A stretch of DNA of 64,000 bases from Pseudomonadota bacterium (GTDB lineage Archaea > Thermoplasmatota > SW-10-69-26 > JACQPN01 > JAJPHT01). The position numbers and the translations under genes were made by a program. The stretch is taken from NCBI GenBank assembly GCA_021325135.1, contig JAJPHT010000027.1, positions 1 through 64,000 on the forward strand, written 5' to 3'. Positions 55,493-64,000 of the stretch are shown in pieces (the stretch's first letter is position 1; each line of letters begins with the position of its first letter). The notes under the pieces are model-generated. The model searched no databases. It saw only the letters and a program-made list of their open reading frames with translations, and was not told the DNA's origin.

Positions 55493-56317
55493 TCAGAGGT
55501 CCTGCTCCTGCCACCATCCCAGCTCCAGCGCAGTAAAGACCTGCTTGATCTCGGCGGGGATCGCCTCCACCTGCTTCGCGTCGGCGAAGTAGCCCTGGCA
55601 GCCGGGCGTCGCGCGGATCGCCTCCAGCACCGTCGCGGGGTCGACGCCGCGCTCCAGCGCGTAGGAGGGGAGGACGTGCCCCACGTTCGCGCGCGCCTTG
55701 CGCACGAGGTCGGTGGCGCGGGGCGCGTAGTGCGAGCCGCCCAGCGCGAGGAGCGTGGGCGCGGCGTCGCCCGCGCTGGGCGTCCGCGCGGCGAGGAGGC
55801 TGCGCGCGACGCGGGTCCCGAGGTCGGGGTCGGCCCACGCGCGCTCGTCGGTGCCGATCTCGACGAACATCGCAGGCGTGTCGAGCCACGGGCCGTGGTG
55901 CGTCGCCTCCAGCGTGACCTCGTGCTTGAGCCCCGCGGCCTCGGCATGCAGGCGGCGCAGGATGCGCCCCATGACGACGGGCGCGGTGGGGACCACCGTG
56001 CGCGCCTTGCCCCCCAGCGCGGCGTCGCCCCAGTTGCCGAGGGGATGCACGGTGAGGGCGGGCTTGCCGCTCTCGGCGCGGTGCCGGCTGGCGAAGAGGA
56101 CGACCTCCGCGGGGACGCCCGCCTTGCGAAGCTCTGCGTCGATGCCGTCGCACTCCAGGTGCAGGCGCTCCGTCTCGGCCATGGCGAAGCCGCCGTAGCG
56201 GCGCACGGGCAGGCCGTGGAACGCGCCCTCCTCCTTCCAGGGCGCCATGGCGAGGAGGGCGTCGCGGATGGTGACGCTCGCGCGGTCGGCGCGCGAGACG
56301 AGGATGAGGGTCGTCAT
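55493..56317 (-). CDS. dtdA: D-aminoacyl-tRNA deacylase (archaeal DTD2)
   Basis: SRADRAS, SRH, LTVHPLGN, EATHHGP, FVEIG, GGSHY. Confidence 0.9.
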   Translation of the reverse strand: MTTLILVSRADRASVTIRDALLAMAPWKEEGAFHGLPVRRYGGFAMAETERLHLECDGIDAELRKAGVPAEVVLFASRHRAESGKPALTVHPLGNWGDAALGGKARTVVPTAPVVMGRILRRLHAEAAGLKHEVTLEATHHGPWLDTPAMFVEIGTDERAWADPDLGTRVARSLLAARTPSAGDAAPTLLALGGSHYAPRATDLVRKARANVGHVLPSYALERGVDPATVLEAIRATPGCQGYFADAKQVEAIPAEIKQVFTALELGWWQEQDL

Positions 56318-56611
56318 GGCAAGGGCTCCGCTGGGGGGAAGTCAAATAAGATGGGCATGACCGGACGAGCCTGGGACGTTGGCTTTCCGACGGAGACCCA
56401 TCCCCCCCACGCCAAAGCGGTTGGCCGACACCCCCCGTCAGAGGGCGAGGCTCCGGTGCGTGGATGCGTAAAGAACGGATCGCGTAGGGGGCAGTCCTGC
56501 TTAACGCTGCCGGCATCCTCCTGGCAAGCGTCGATGGAGGGTTTTTCTCGTGGGAAACCGGCCTGGGCAGTCGCCGATCGGCGGAGCCTGGAACGGCGAT
56601 CGCCGTTGCCG

Positions 56612-57412
56612 TCAGGCGAGCCGTTCCGGGCACAGGTCGCGCCGCGAGCAGCCGCGGCACTTGCCCGGGCGCTCGTGGTTGCGGTGGACGACGCCCGTCA
56701 TGTCCGAGAGGCGCATGCGCAGCGTGGTCTCCAGCACGCGGTCGCGGAACTCGTCGGTGAAGGGCACCTCGAAGGTGCGGCCCGAATACTGGAGCACGCC
56801 GTGGGGCGGGCGGATGCCATAGTTCTCCTCCACCAGCAGGCAGTAGACGCCAAGCTGCATGAGGTGCGAGTCGTGGGGCGTGTCGGGCGTGCGGCCCGTC
56901 TTCAGCTCCACGGGGATGTAGTGGTCGTGGCGGCGCACGATGTAGTCGGGGCGGCCGGAAAGCTCGTACTTCTCGCTGCGCAGCGTCTCGGCGGGCCGGT
57001 CGAGGTCGCTGTACGCCAATTCCCCCTCCACGAGGCCCGCCTCCGCGACGACCTCCTGGGCCTCCTTTTCCTTTAGGATCGCGCGCAGAAGAAAGCCCAG
57101 CGCGATGAAGAGCCACAGGAGGCTCATCATGACGAGGAGCGTGTGGTACGCCCAGTGCGCGTCGAGGAACACGACCTCCAGCGCGAGCGTCATGGCGCTG
57201 GCCGCGGTGAGGGCGAGGTAGAGCGCGATGCGCAGCGACTCGTGGTGGTCTGCCAGGATGCGCCGCCACTTGGCGATGCGCTGCCCCACGGCCGCGTGGT
57301 CCGCCTCGCCGCGCTGGAGCGCCTCGTCCACGCCGCTCATGCCGCGGCGCGCGAGGGCCCAGCTGAGGGGGCAGTAGACGTAACGCTCCACGTCGGCGGC
57401 GCTGTACCCCAT
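56612..57412 (-). CDS. Solo Cas4-like PD-(D/E)xK nuclease with an internal TM hairpin
   Basis: YCP...GRPD...VELK...QLGVY...CRGCSRRDLC. Confidence 0.85.
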   Translation of the reverse strand: MGYSAADVERYVYCPLSWALARRGMSGVDEALQRGEADHAAVGQRIAKWRRILADHHESLRIALYLALTAASAMTLALEVVFLDAHWAYHTLLVMMSLLWLFIALGFLLRAILKEKEAQEVVAEAGLVEGELAYSDLDRPAETLRSEKYELSGRPDYIVRRHDHYIPVELKTGRTPDTPHDSHLMQLGVYCLLVEENYGIRPPHGVLQYSGRTFEVPFTDEFRDRVLETTLRMRLSDMTGVVHRNHERPGKCRGCSRRDLCPERLA

Positions 57413-57561
57413 GACCTCCTTGCCTGGGGTGCCCCTCGGCTTGAACCCGATGGGGACTTCCCTCTTGGGGCCCGCCCCCGACACGTTCCCCTCGCTGAGG
57501 GCGTCCGCCAGGGGGCCCCGTCGCCTCTGGCCAGCACGGCGCGGAGGTCGGGCCCCAGGGT

Positions 57562-57993
57562 TCAGGGCGCGTGGGTGGGGGCAAAAGACGGCTGGGGCTC
57601 CTCGGAAGGGGGCGGCTCCGCGGGGATCTCCACCACCCGCGGCGCGCCGAAGCCGCCGGGGCCCCGCAGCAGGAGGACCCGCCCCGCGGCGTCCTCGAAG
57701 AGGAGGCCTTCGCCCTCGGGGCCCGCATGCTCCCGCACCGTGGCGCCCGGCCGCTCGTCGCGCAGCCGCCGCTCCTCGGCGCGGAAGCGGGCCCGCGAGC
57801 GGCCGTCCATGACGGCGAGGGGCACGGCGAGCACGATGAACAGGATGGCGAGCCCCGCCAGCCAGACGGCGTCCTTGTGGCCGTTGTCCGGGCGGTCCAC
57901 CTCGCGGAACGCGCCGCGGTCGTAGGCGTAGAAGATGCCGCCGCCCACGACGGCCATGGCGATGAGAAGCGCGGCCACGCCTTCCTTGTCCAT
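57562..57993 (-). CDS. Hypothetical two-TM protein
   Basis: Two hydrophobic helices; follows dys. Confidence 0.6.
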   Translation of the reverse strand: MDKEGVAALLIAMAVVGGGIFYAYDRGAFREVDRPDNGHKDAVWLAGLAILFIVLAVPLAVMDGRSRARFRAEERRLRDERPGATVREHAGPEGEGLLFEDAAGRVLLLRGPGGFGAPRVVEIPAEPPPSEEPQPSFAPTHAP

Positions 57994-57999
57994 GGCGCC

Positions 58000-59079
58000 T
58001 CACGCGTGGCGCAGGGGCTTCAGCTCGTCGCCTTCGTAGTCGAGGACGAGGCGCTTGCGGCCCTGCCAGAGGTGCTTCTTCTGGATCAGCGACGTCGCGA
58101 GCAGCGGCAGCGCGACGGTGATGTCCACGTGCGCCTGCACGAAGTCGGCGTCCTTGGCGATCTTGCCCCAGGACTGCGCCTCCTTGAACGTGCAGCCCGA
58201 GAGCGCGCCCCAGTCGGGCATGTCCATGGTGAGCTGGATCGCGTACTGGTGGCCCCCGGCGTCGTGCCCCAGGACCTCGGAGATGACCTCGGTCTGCTGG
58301 ATGTAGTTCTTCGGCACGCCGCCGCCCAGGTAGATGATGCCCGTCTTGTCGGACTTGTACTTGACCTGCGCCAGCTCGTAGGCGTCGCGGATCATGTCCA
58401 GCTTCGGATACGGTCTTCCCGAGGCCTTGGCCTTGGTGTAGTTGTAGATCATGCCGATCCCGATGCTGCTGTCGTGGATCGTGGGCACGAAGATGGGGAC
58501 CTTCTGGCGCGCGGCCTCGGCGACCCACGAGTCCTGGTCGCCCTTGAAGTGCTCGCCGAAGAACTGCATGATCTCGCGCGTGGAGTACGTGCGCGAGGGG
58601 TCGAGCTTCGCCACGAGCCCGCCCAGGTAGTCGTCGGTCTCGCGGAACTTCTCCTCGTCCACGATGGTGTCGTAGAGGCGGTCCAGGAAGTGCTCGCGGA
58701 GCTCCAGGTCGTCCACCTCGGGCGCGGCGCGCCAGAAGTTGTAGCCCCGCGCGGCGTACATGTCCTGGTAGGGCTGGCTGCCCACGGTGACGATGACGTC
58801 CACGAGCTTGTGGCGGATGAGGTCGCGCAGCACCTTGCGCTGGCCGCCGGCCATGAGGCTGCCCGCGACGCCCAGGATGATGGTGGGCCGCGCGGGGTCC
58901 TGGAGCATGTTCTCCCACACCTGGAGCGCCGTGCCCAGGTTGCGGCCCTGGAAGCTGATGTTCTTGTACGCGTCCATCAGCTCGGCGACGGTCTGGATCT
59001 TGGAGGGCTCGAACTGCTGGATGGGCGTGTTGAGCCAGTCCTGCTTCTTGGTCCTGGGCGCCAGGGGAACCACCGACAA
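58000..59079 (-). CDS. dys: Deoxyhypusine synthase
   Basis: DSSIG, LGGGVPKN, GALSGCTFKEAQSWGK. Confidence 0.93.
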   Translation of the reverse strand: MSVVPLAPRTKKQDWLNTPIQQFEPSKIQTVAELMDAYKNISFQGRNLGTALQVWENMLQDPARPTIILGVAGSLMAGGQRKVLRDLIRHKLVDVIVTVGSQPYQDMYAARGYNFWRAAPEVDDLELREHFLDRLYDTIVDEEKFRETDDYLGGLVAKLDPSRTYSTREIMQFFGEHFKGDQDSWVAEAARQKVPIFVPTIHDSSIGIGMIYNYTKAKASGRPYPKLDMIRDAYELAQVKYKSDKTGIIYLGGGVPKNYIQQTEVISEVLGHDAGGHQYAIQLTMDMPDWGALSGCTFKEAQSWGKIAKDADFVQAHVDITVALPLLATSLIQKKHLWQGRKRLVLDYEGDELKPLRHA

Positions 59080-59207
59080 GCCGCGCGAGGGGGCGGAGCT
59101 TCAAGAAGGTTTGCCCGGCGTGGCGCCCTGCTCCGCCTCCCTTCCGTCCCCCCGTTTCCGACGACCCTGCGACAATCGCTATCGGCCCGCGCCCCGAGGA
59201 TCCGCGC

Positions 59208-59549
59208 ATGGCCGACAAGCAGGAGAAGGGCTGGATCAGCAACGAGGACGAGCGCGACCGCGCGGCGGTGCTGCGGGAGAAGGAGCGGCGCGGCGAGCCG
59301 CTGACGCCCACGGAGAAGGGCTGGCTGGGCGCCTACGAGTCGCGGCGCTCGACGCGGCACGACCCCGACAGCGAGCACCGGACCCGCTCGTGGATGGCGG
59401 GCGAGGAGACACGCAGGCCCGAACTCTCCGAGGACACGGAGGCCGAGGTCGAGCGCATCAAGGCCAAGGAGGCGCGCGGCGAGACGCTGACGCGCCACGA
59501 GGCGGGCGTGCTGGGCGGCGCCGCGCGGGCGAAGGGCGGGAAGCCCTGA
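59208..59549 (+). CDS. Hydrophilic protein with duplicated RGExLTxxExGxLG motif (KGG/Em stress-protein-like)
   Basis: RGEPLTPTEKGWLG and RGETLTRHEAGVLGG. Confidence 0.6.
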   Translation: MADKQEKGWISNEDERDRAAVLREKERRGEPLTPTEKGWLGAYESRRSTRHDPDSEHRTRSWMAGEETRRPELSEDTEAEVERIKAKEARGETLTRHEAGVLGGAARAKGGKP

Positions 59550-59554
59550 GGCGC

Positions 59555-60112
59555 CTACCCTCGCCCCGGCGGCTGCTCGCTGCGCGTCGGCCTCGTCACG
59601 GGCCGCGTCTCGGGCTCGGGGGGCAGCCGGCCCTCCTTGGTGGGGCGCCGGATCTCCTTCACGAGGCGCTTGGCGCCGGTGGGCACGTGCGCGGCCTTGA
59701 TGGCGTTGTGCGTCTCCTCCAGGAGGACGCCGTCCACGAGGTCCTTGGCGACGACCGCGATGTCGCTGATGCTCACGATGCCCAGCAGCTCGCGGCTCGC
59801 GTTGACCACCGGCACGCGCCGCACGACGCCCGCGCTGCGCATGGTGTCGAGCGCGCTGAACACCGTGTCCTCCAGCGTGAGGCACGCGGGGTCCGGGTGC
59901 ATGACCTCCTCGACGGGCGCGTCGGGACCCAGCCCGTCGGCGAGCGCCAGGATGGCCAGCATCCGGTCGGTGACGAGGCCGGCGACCTTGCCCGCGCGGA
60001 GGACGACGACGCAGCCGACCCCCTTGTCCCGCATGAGCCGGGCGACGCCGCGGACGGGCTCGTTCACGTCGCAGGCGACCGGGTTCTTCGTCATGACGTG
60101 CTCGACGTGCAT
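59555..60112 (-). CDS. CBS-domain protein
   Basis: VMTKNPV...GLVTDR...VRRVPVV...GIVSISD. Confidence 0.85.
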   Translation of the reverse strand: MHVEHVMTKNPVACDVNEPVRGVARLMRDKGVGCVVVLRAGKVAGLVTDRMLAILALADGLGPDAPVEEVMHPDPACLTLEDTVFSALDTMRSAGVVRRVPVVNASRELLGIVSISDIAVVAKDLVDGVLLEETHNAIKAAHVPTGAKRLVKEIRRPTKEGRLPPEPETRPVTRPTRSEQPPGRG

Positions 60113-60189
60113 GGCGCGCGCTGGGCGCTCATGCTGCAAATGCGGCGCGCGCTGGCCCTCTGGCTGGGGGCTCCATCGCCTTGGAGCGA

Positions 60190-63006
60190 TCACGCCTTCC
60201 GGAGCAGCAGCGTCGCGGACCCGGCCTCCAGCGCCTCGACCTCGGCGCCGTGCAGCGTGGGGCGGCTCTTGACCTCGTACTCGCCCGGCTCCACGCGGAA
60301 CGTCGCGCCGCTCGCGAGCTTGACCGTGATGCCCTCCGGGCCCGCGTGCCTGGGGTCCATGGCGCGGATGGCGTCCGCGATGGCCTTGGCGTCCTGGCGG
60401 TACTTGGGGCCCAGCTTCGCCTGCACGGGCTCCACGGCGTAGGGCACCATGTGGATCTCCTTGGCGTCGACGAAGCGCACGTCGGCCACCTTGGTCGTGC
60501 CCACGATGTCGCCCTTGCCGCGCAGCAGCGCCTCGCGCACGAGGGGTGGCGCCACGACCTCCAGGGCGGGAAGCTCCTGGTTGAGCGCCATCTTGGACTG
60601 GCTCTTCCAGTTGCGCACGGCCGCGACCACGTCGCGCACGTGCTGGCCAAGCTCCCGCGCCTCCTTGTCGGCGCGCGGCGCCTCGGGCCACGCGCTGACG
60701 TGGATGCTGATGGCATGCTCGTGGCGGCGGTAGACCTCCTGGTACACGTCCTCGGTGGAGAAGCAGAGCACGGGCGCCATCATCTTCAGCACGCCCAGGC
60801 CCACGGTGTAGAGCGTGTGGCGCGCGGCGGGGTCGCCCGCGTAGAGGCGGTGCTTCACCAGCTCCAGGTAGTGGTCCGCGAGGACGTGCCAGAGGAACTC
60901 CTCGGTCTGCTTCACGGCCTTGGTGTAGTCGTAGCCGTCCCACCCTTCGGTCGCGCTCTTCACGACCTCGGCGAACTCGGCGAGGACCCACTGGTCCATG
61001 AGGGGGAGGCTCTCCCAGGCGACCGGGGCGGGCTTCTCGCTGCCCAGCCCCTTGGCGATGAGCCCCTCCACGTTGCGCAGCTTGGTCACGAGGCGCATCG
61101 CGCGGGTCAGCTCCTTGGGGTTCCAGATGATGTCCTCGCCCAGGTTCGCGCCGGTGGCGCTCCAGTAGCGCAGCGCGTCGCCCGAATACTGCTGGATGAC
61201 GTCCAGGGGCTCCACGATGTCGCCCTTGGACTTGCTCATCTTCTTCCCCTTGCCCAGCTTCACGAAGCCGCTGATCTGCGCGTGGCGCCACGGGATCTTC
61301 CCGTGGTGGAAGCGCGCCTTCACGATGGTGTTGAACGCCCAGAAGCTGATGATCTCGTGGGCCTGCGGGCGCACGTCCATGGGCAGCAGCGCCGCGAGCT
61401 TGGGGTTGGTGTTGACGTCGGCGAGGCGCGCGTGGGGGACGCCCATGCGCTCGGCCGCGGCGAGGATGGCGATCTGCGGCGTGAGGCTGCTGGTCGCCCA
61501 CGTGTCCATGACGTCGGTCTCGCCGCGGAACTCGTGGCCGCCGCACTTGGCGCAGGCGCCCTTCGGCCTGTCCACGGTGGGGTCCACGGGAAGCTCGTCC
61601 AGCGTGGCCAGCTTCGGCTCGTGGCAGCTCTGGCAGTACCAGACGGGGAAGGGCACGCCGAAGTAGCGCTGGCGCGAGATGCACCAGTCCCACTTGAGGC
61701 CCTTCACCCAGTTGTCGTAGCGGACCTTCATGTAAGGCGGGTGCCACTCGACCTTCGCGCCGTCCTCCAGGAACTGCTCCCTCATGTCGAGGTACTTCAC
61801 GAACCACTGCTTCGTGACGAGGAACTCGACGGGCGTGCCGCAGCGCTCGTGCACGTTCACGGCGTGCTCGATGTGCTTCTGCGAGAGGAGCCTGCCTTCG
61901 CGGTTGAGGTCCTGGAGGACGTGCTCGCGCGCGTGCGTGATGCTCTGGCCCGCGTACTTGCCGGCGGCGTCCGTCATGGTGCCCTTGGGGCCGATGACGA
62001 GGCGCATGGGCAGCTTGTTGCTCTGCCACCAGTCGATGTCCGTCTGGTCGCCGAACGTGCAGTTCATGACGACGCCGGTGCCGGTCTCCTTGTCCACCTT
62101 CTCCGAGGTGAGCACGGGCACGATGGCGCCGCCGATGGGCACGCGCACGCTCTTGCCGATGAGGTGGCGCGTCCGCTCGTCGTCGGGGTGGACGAAGATG
62201 GCGACGCACGCGGGGATCAGCTCGGGGCGCGTCGTGGAGATCACGATCTTGCTCTCGGCGCCCTGCTGGTAGGTGACGATCTCGCGCGGCTTGCTGTTGG
62301 CCTCGGGCCCGGGCACCGTCGTGCGCTTCACGAGGTGCTCGTGGCCGCTGCGCGCCATGCCGTGCCCGTGGTCGTCCATGAGGTCGAAGCTGATGTCGTT
62401 GAAGGTGCTGGGCAGGACGCGGTCCTCGGTCTCCACCTGCGCGATGGCCGTCTGGCACTCGGGGCACCAGATGCCGGGGCGCTCGGCGCGGTACGCGCGG
62501 CCCTGGTGGTAGAGCTCCAGGAACGACTCCTGGCTGACCTTGATCACGGGCTTGTCGATGGTGCGATACACCAGCGTCCAGTCGCACGAGGTCCCGATGC
62601 GGCGCCAGGAGCGCTCCATGAACTCCTCGCCCTTCTTCGTCTCCTGGAGGCAGAGGCGGATGAACTCCTGGCGGCCCACGTCTGATAGCTTCTTGCCGAC
62701 CGCCTTCTCCGTGTAGCGCTCGGTGGGCAGGCCGTTGTCGTCGAACCCGAAGGGGTAGAACAGGTTGTGGCCGCGCATCCGCTTGTAGCGGGCGGTGAAG
62801 TCCATCTGGTTGTAGCTGTACGCGTGCCCGATGTGCATGCGGCCGCTCACGGTGGGCGGCGGCGTGTCGACGCTGAAGACCGGCTTCGTCGAGCGCGGAT
62901 CGAAGCGGTAGACGCCCTCCTCCTCCCAGAAGCGGAGCCACCTCTCCTCCATGGCCTGGATCGTGGGGTCGGGCTCGGGCTCGGCCGTGTCGGCGGCGTC
63001 GGGCAT
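60190..63006 (-). CDS. valS: Valine--tRNA ligase
   Basis: DTPPPTVSG.MHIGH, WCISRQR, KMSKS. Confidence 0.96.
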   Translation of the reverse strand: MPDAADTAEPEPDPTIQAMEERWLRFWEEEGVYRFDPRSTKPVFSVDTPPPTVSGRMHIGHAYSYNQMDFTARYKRMRGHNLFYPFGFDDNGLPTERYTEKAVGKKLSDVGRQEFIRLCLQETKKGEEFMERSWRRIGTSCDWTLVYRTIDKPVIKVSQESFLELYHQGRAYRAERPGIWCPECQTAIAQVETEDRVLPSTFNDISFDLMDDHGHGMARSGHEHLVKRTTVPGPEANSKPREIVTYQQGAESKIVISTTRPELIPACVAIFVHPDDERTRHLIGKSVRVPIGGAIVPVLTSEKVDKETGTGVVMNCTFGDQTDIDWWQSNKLPMRLVIGPKGTMTDAAGKYAGQSITHAREHVLQDLNREGRLLSQKHIEHAVNVHERCGTPVEFLVTKQWFVKYLDMREQFLEDGAKVEWHPPYMKVRYDNWVKGLKWDWCISRQRYFGVPFPVWYCQSCHEPKLATLDELPVDPTVDRPKGACAKCGGHEFRGETDVMDTWATSSLTPQIAILAAAERMGVPHARLADVNTNPKLAALLPMDVRPQAHEIISFWAFNTIVKARFHHGKIPWRHAQISGFVKLGKGKKMSKSKGDIVEPLDVIQQYSGDALRYWSATGANLGEDIIWNPKELTRAMRLVTKLRNVEGLIAKGLGSEKPAPVAWESLPLMDQWVLAEFAEVVKSATEGWDGYDYTKAVKQTEEFLWHVLADHYLELVKHRLYAGDPAARHTLYTVGLGVLKMMAPVLCFSTEDVYQEVYRRHEHAISIHVSAWPEAPRADKEARELGQHVRDVVAAVRNWKSQSKMALNQELPALEVVAPPLVREALLRGKGDIVGTTKVADVRFVDAKEIHMVPYAVEPVQAKLGPKYRQDAKAIADAIRAMDPRHAGPEGITVKLASGATFRVEPGEYEVKSRPTLHGAEVEALEAGSATLLLRKA

Positions 63007-63320
63007 TGGGCCGCGTCAAGGGCTCCGGGCTTTAAGAATTTGGACCCGGGGGGCTTGGCGGCAGGCCCCTCGGTCCCCCGCCGGGAGCGCCGACCTGGAG
63101 AGCGTGGCTCGTCCTGTCCTGGCCGGAGGGGCGCCCTTTCGTCCGGTGGTCGCTGCGCCGCCGCGACGATCCCGCCCCCCGCGCGGTCGTCCTTGAGGTA
63201 ACCCGGTTCCCTGCGCGACCCCGAGAGAACGGGCCCTGGAGCCGCGCCCGAGCGTTCACGCATTCCTCGGATCGGCGTACCACAATGGGCAACCCCGACG
63301 CCAGGCAAGAGGTTGCCTGC

Positions 63321-63965
63321 ATGAATCGCGCCCCCCTCGTGGTCCTCCTCCTGTGCGCTGCGCTCGCGTTGACGCCGGTCTCCCTGGCCGGCGGCAACGG
63401 CCCCTCCAAGTGCGGGCCGTCCATCACCGCCGTCGGCCTGAAGCTCGGCGGCGACGACTGTCCCCCTTCGTGCGACGGCAAGGACAAGAAGGACTGCAAC
63501 CCCTGTGACGAGAAGGATGGCAAGGACTTCAAGTCCGACGACAAGAAGGACTGCAACTCGTGCGACGAGAAGGATGGCAAGGACTTCAAGTCGGATGACA
63601 AGAAGGACTGCAACCCGTGCGACAAGCACGACGGGAAGGACTTCAAGTCCGACGACAAGAAGTGCCACCCCTGTGACTGCAACCCGTGCGACAAGGACGG
63701 CGGTCCCGCCATCTGGAGCGACGACAAGAAGGACTGCAACCCCTGCGACGAGAAGGACGGCAAGGACTTCAAGTCCGACGACAAGGACTGCCACCCCAAC
63801 CCGTGCCCCGAGCAGGACAGCAGCACCGTCAAGTCCGACGGGAACGAGAAGTGCCCGCCCACGCCCCCCACCCAGATCCCCTTCTTCCCCAGCGCGGGCT
63901 CGCTGGTGCTGGGCCTCCTGGGCGCGGCCGGCTCCGTGGGCGCCATCATCCTGAAGCGCCGCTGA
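63321..63965 (+). CDS. Secreted Asp/Lys/Cys repeat protein with PEF-CTERM-like anchor
   Basis: Signal peptide; 19-aa repeats; QIPFFP-TM-KRR. Confidence 0.8.
   Translation: MNRAPLVVLLLCAALALTPVSLAGGNGPSKCGPSITAVGLKLGGDDCPPSCDGKDKKDCNPCDEKDGKDFKSDDKKDCNSCDEKDGKDFKSDDKKDCNPCDKHDGKDFKSDDKKCHPCDCNPCDKDGGPAIWSDDKKDCNPCDEKDGKDFKSDDKDCHPNPCPEQDSSTVKSDGNEKCPPTPPTQIPFFPSAGSLVLGLLGAAGSVGAIILKRR
63483..63793 (+). repeat. 57-bp intragenic tandem repeat
   Basis: About four full and one partial DKKDCNPCDEKDGKDFKSD units. Confidence 0.85.
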
Positions 63966-64000
63966 ACGGATGATATCACCGGCGGCGCCCTCGCGCGCCG

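Noticed and set aside
56320-56610. SRP RNA or RNase P RNA
   Set aside because: No SRP helix-8 GGAA/AGCA motif and no convincing RNase P CR-I/CR-V match on either strand
56612-57412. CRISPR-Cas locus
   Set aside because: Only a solo Cas4-like gene; no array or other cas genes
63483-63793. CRISPR-like repeats
   Set aside because: In-frame 57-bp coding repeats without unique spacers

Overview
High-GC archaeal chromosome segment. RadB, the archaeal D-aminoacyl-tRNA deacylase, deoxyhypusine synthase, TrmB and PGF/PEF-CTERM-like surface proteins indicate an archaeon; an uncultured Thermoplasmatota-type host is my inference. The left flank (1-17.7 kb) carries iron and tungstate uptake, a two-domain multicopper oxidase, surface proteins and rnz. 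The right flank (48.0-64 kb) carries radB, trmB, a polyprenyl synthase, vapBC, an ArsA/Get3 pair, dtdA, a membrane-inserted solo Cas4, dys and valS. Between the divergent rnz and radB genes sits a ~30.3 kb integrated element (17722-48041) bounded by the direct repeat GATTCCCGGAG and four arm-type GTACCRGCAC sites, with no tRNA at the junction. The element has four parts: (i) a tyrosine integrase; (ii) a coupled early operon with ArdC, Zn-finger proteins and a prim-pol; (iii) an IS91-like HUH Rep preceded by a dso-like hairpin, followed by a P-loop ATPase and membrane-anchored beta-rich proteins, which looks like an enveloped or extruded archaeal virus; (iv) lower-GC cargo of secreted Cys-rich peptides, an S8 lipoprotein protease, a membrane-anchored wHTH receptor-regulator, a shared 20-bp upstream motif and a solo nucleotide cyclase, a candidate provirus-encoded peptide signalling or antagonism system. 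All calls come from motif reading by eye; no database searches were run.
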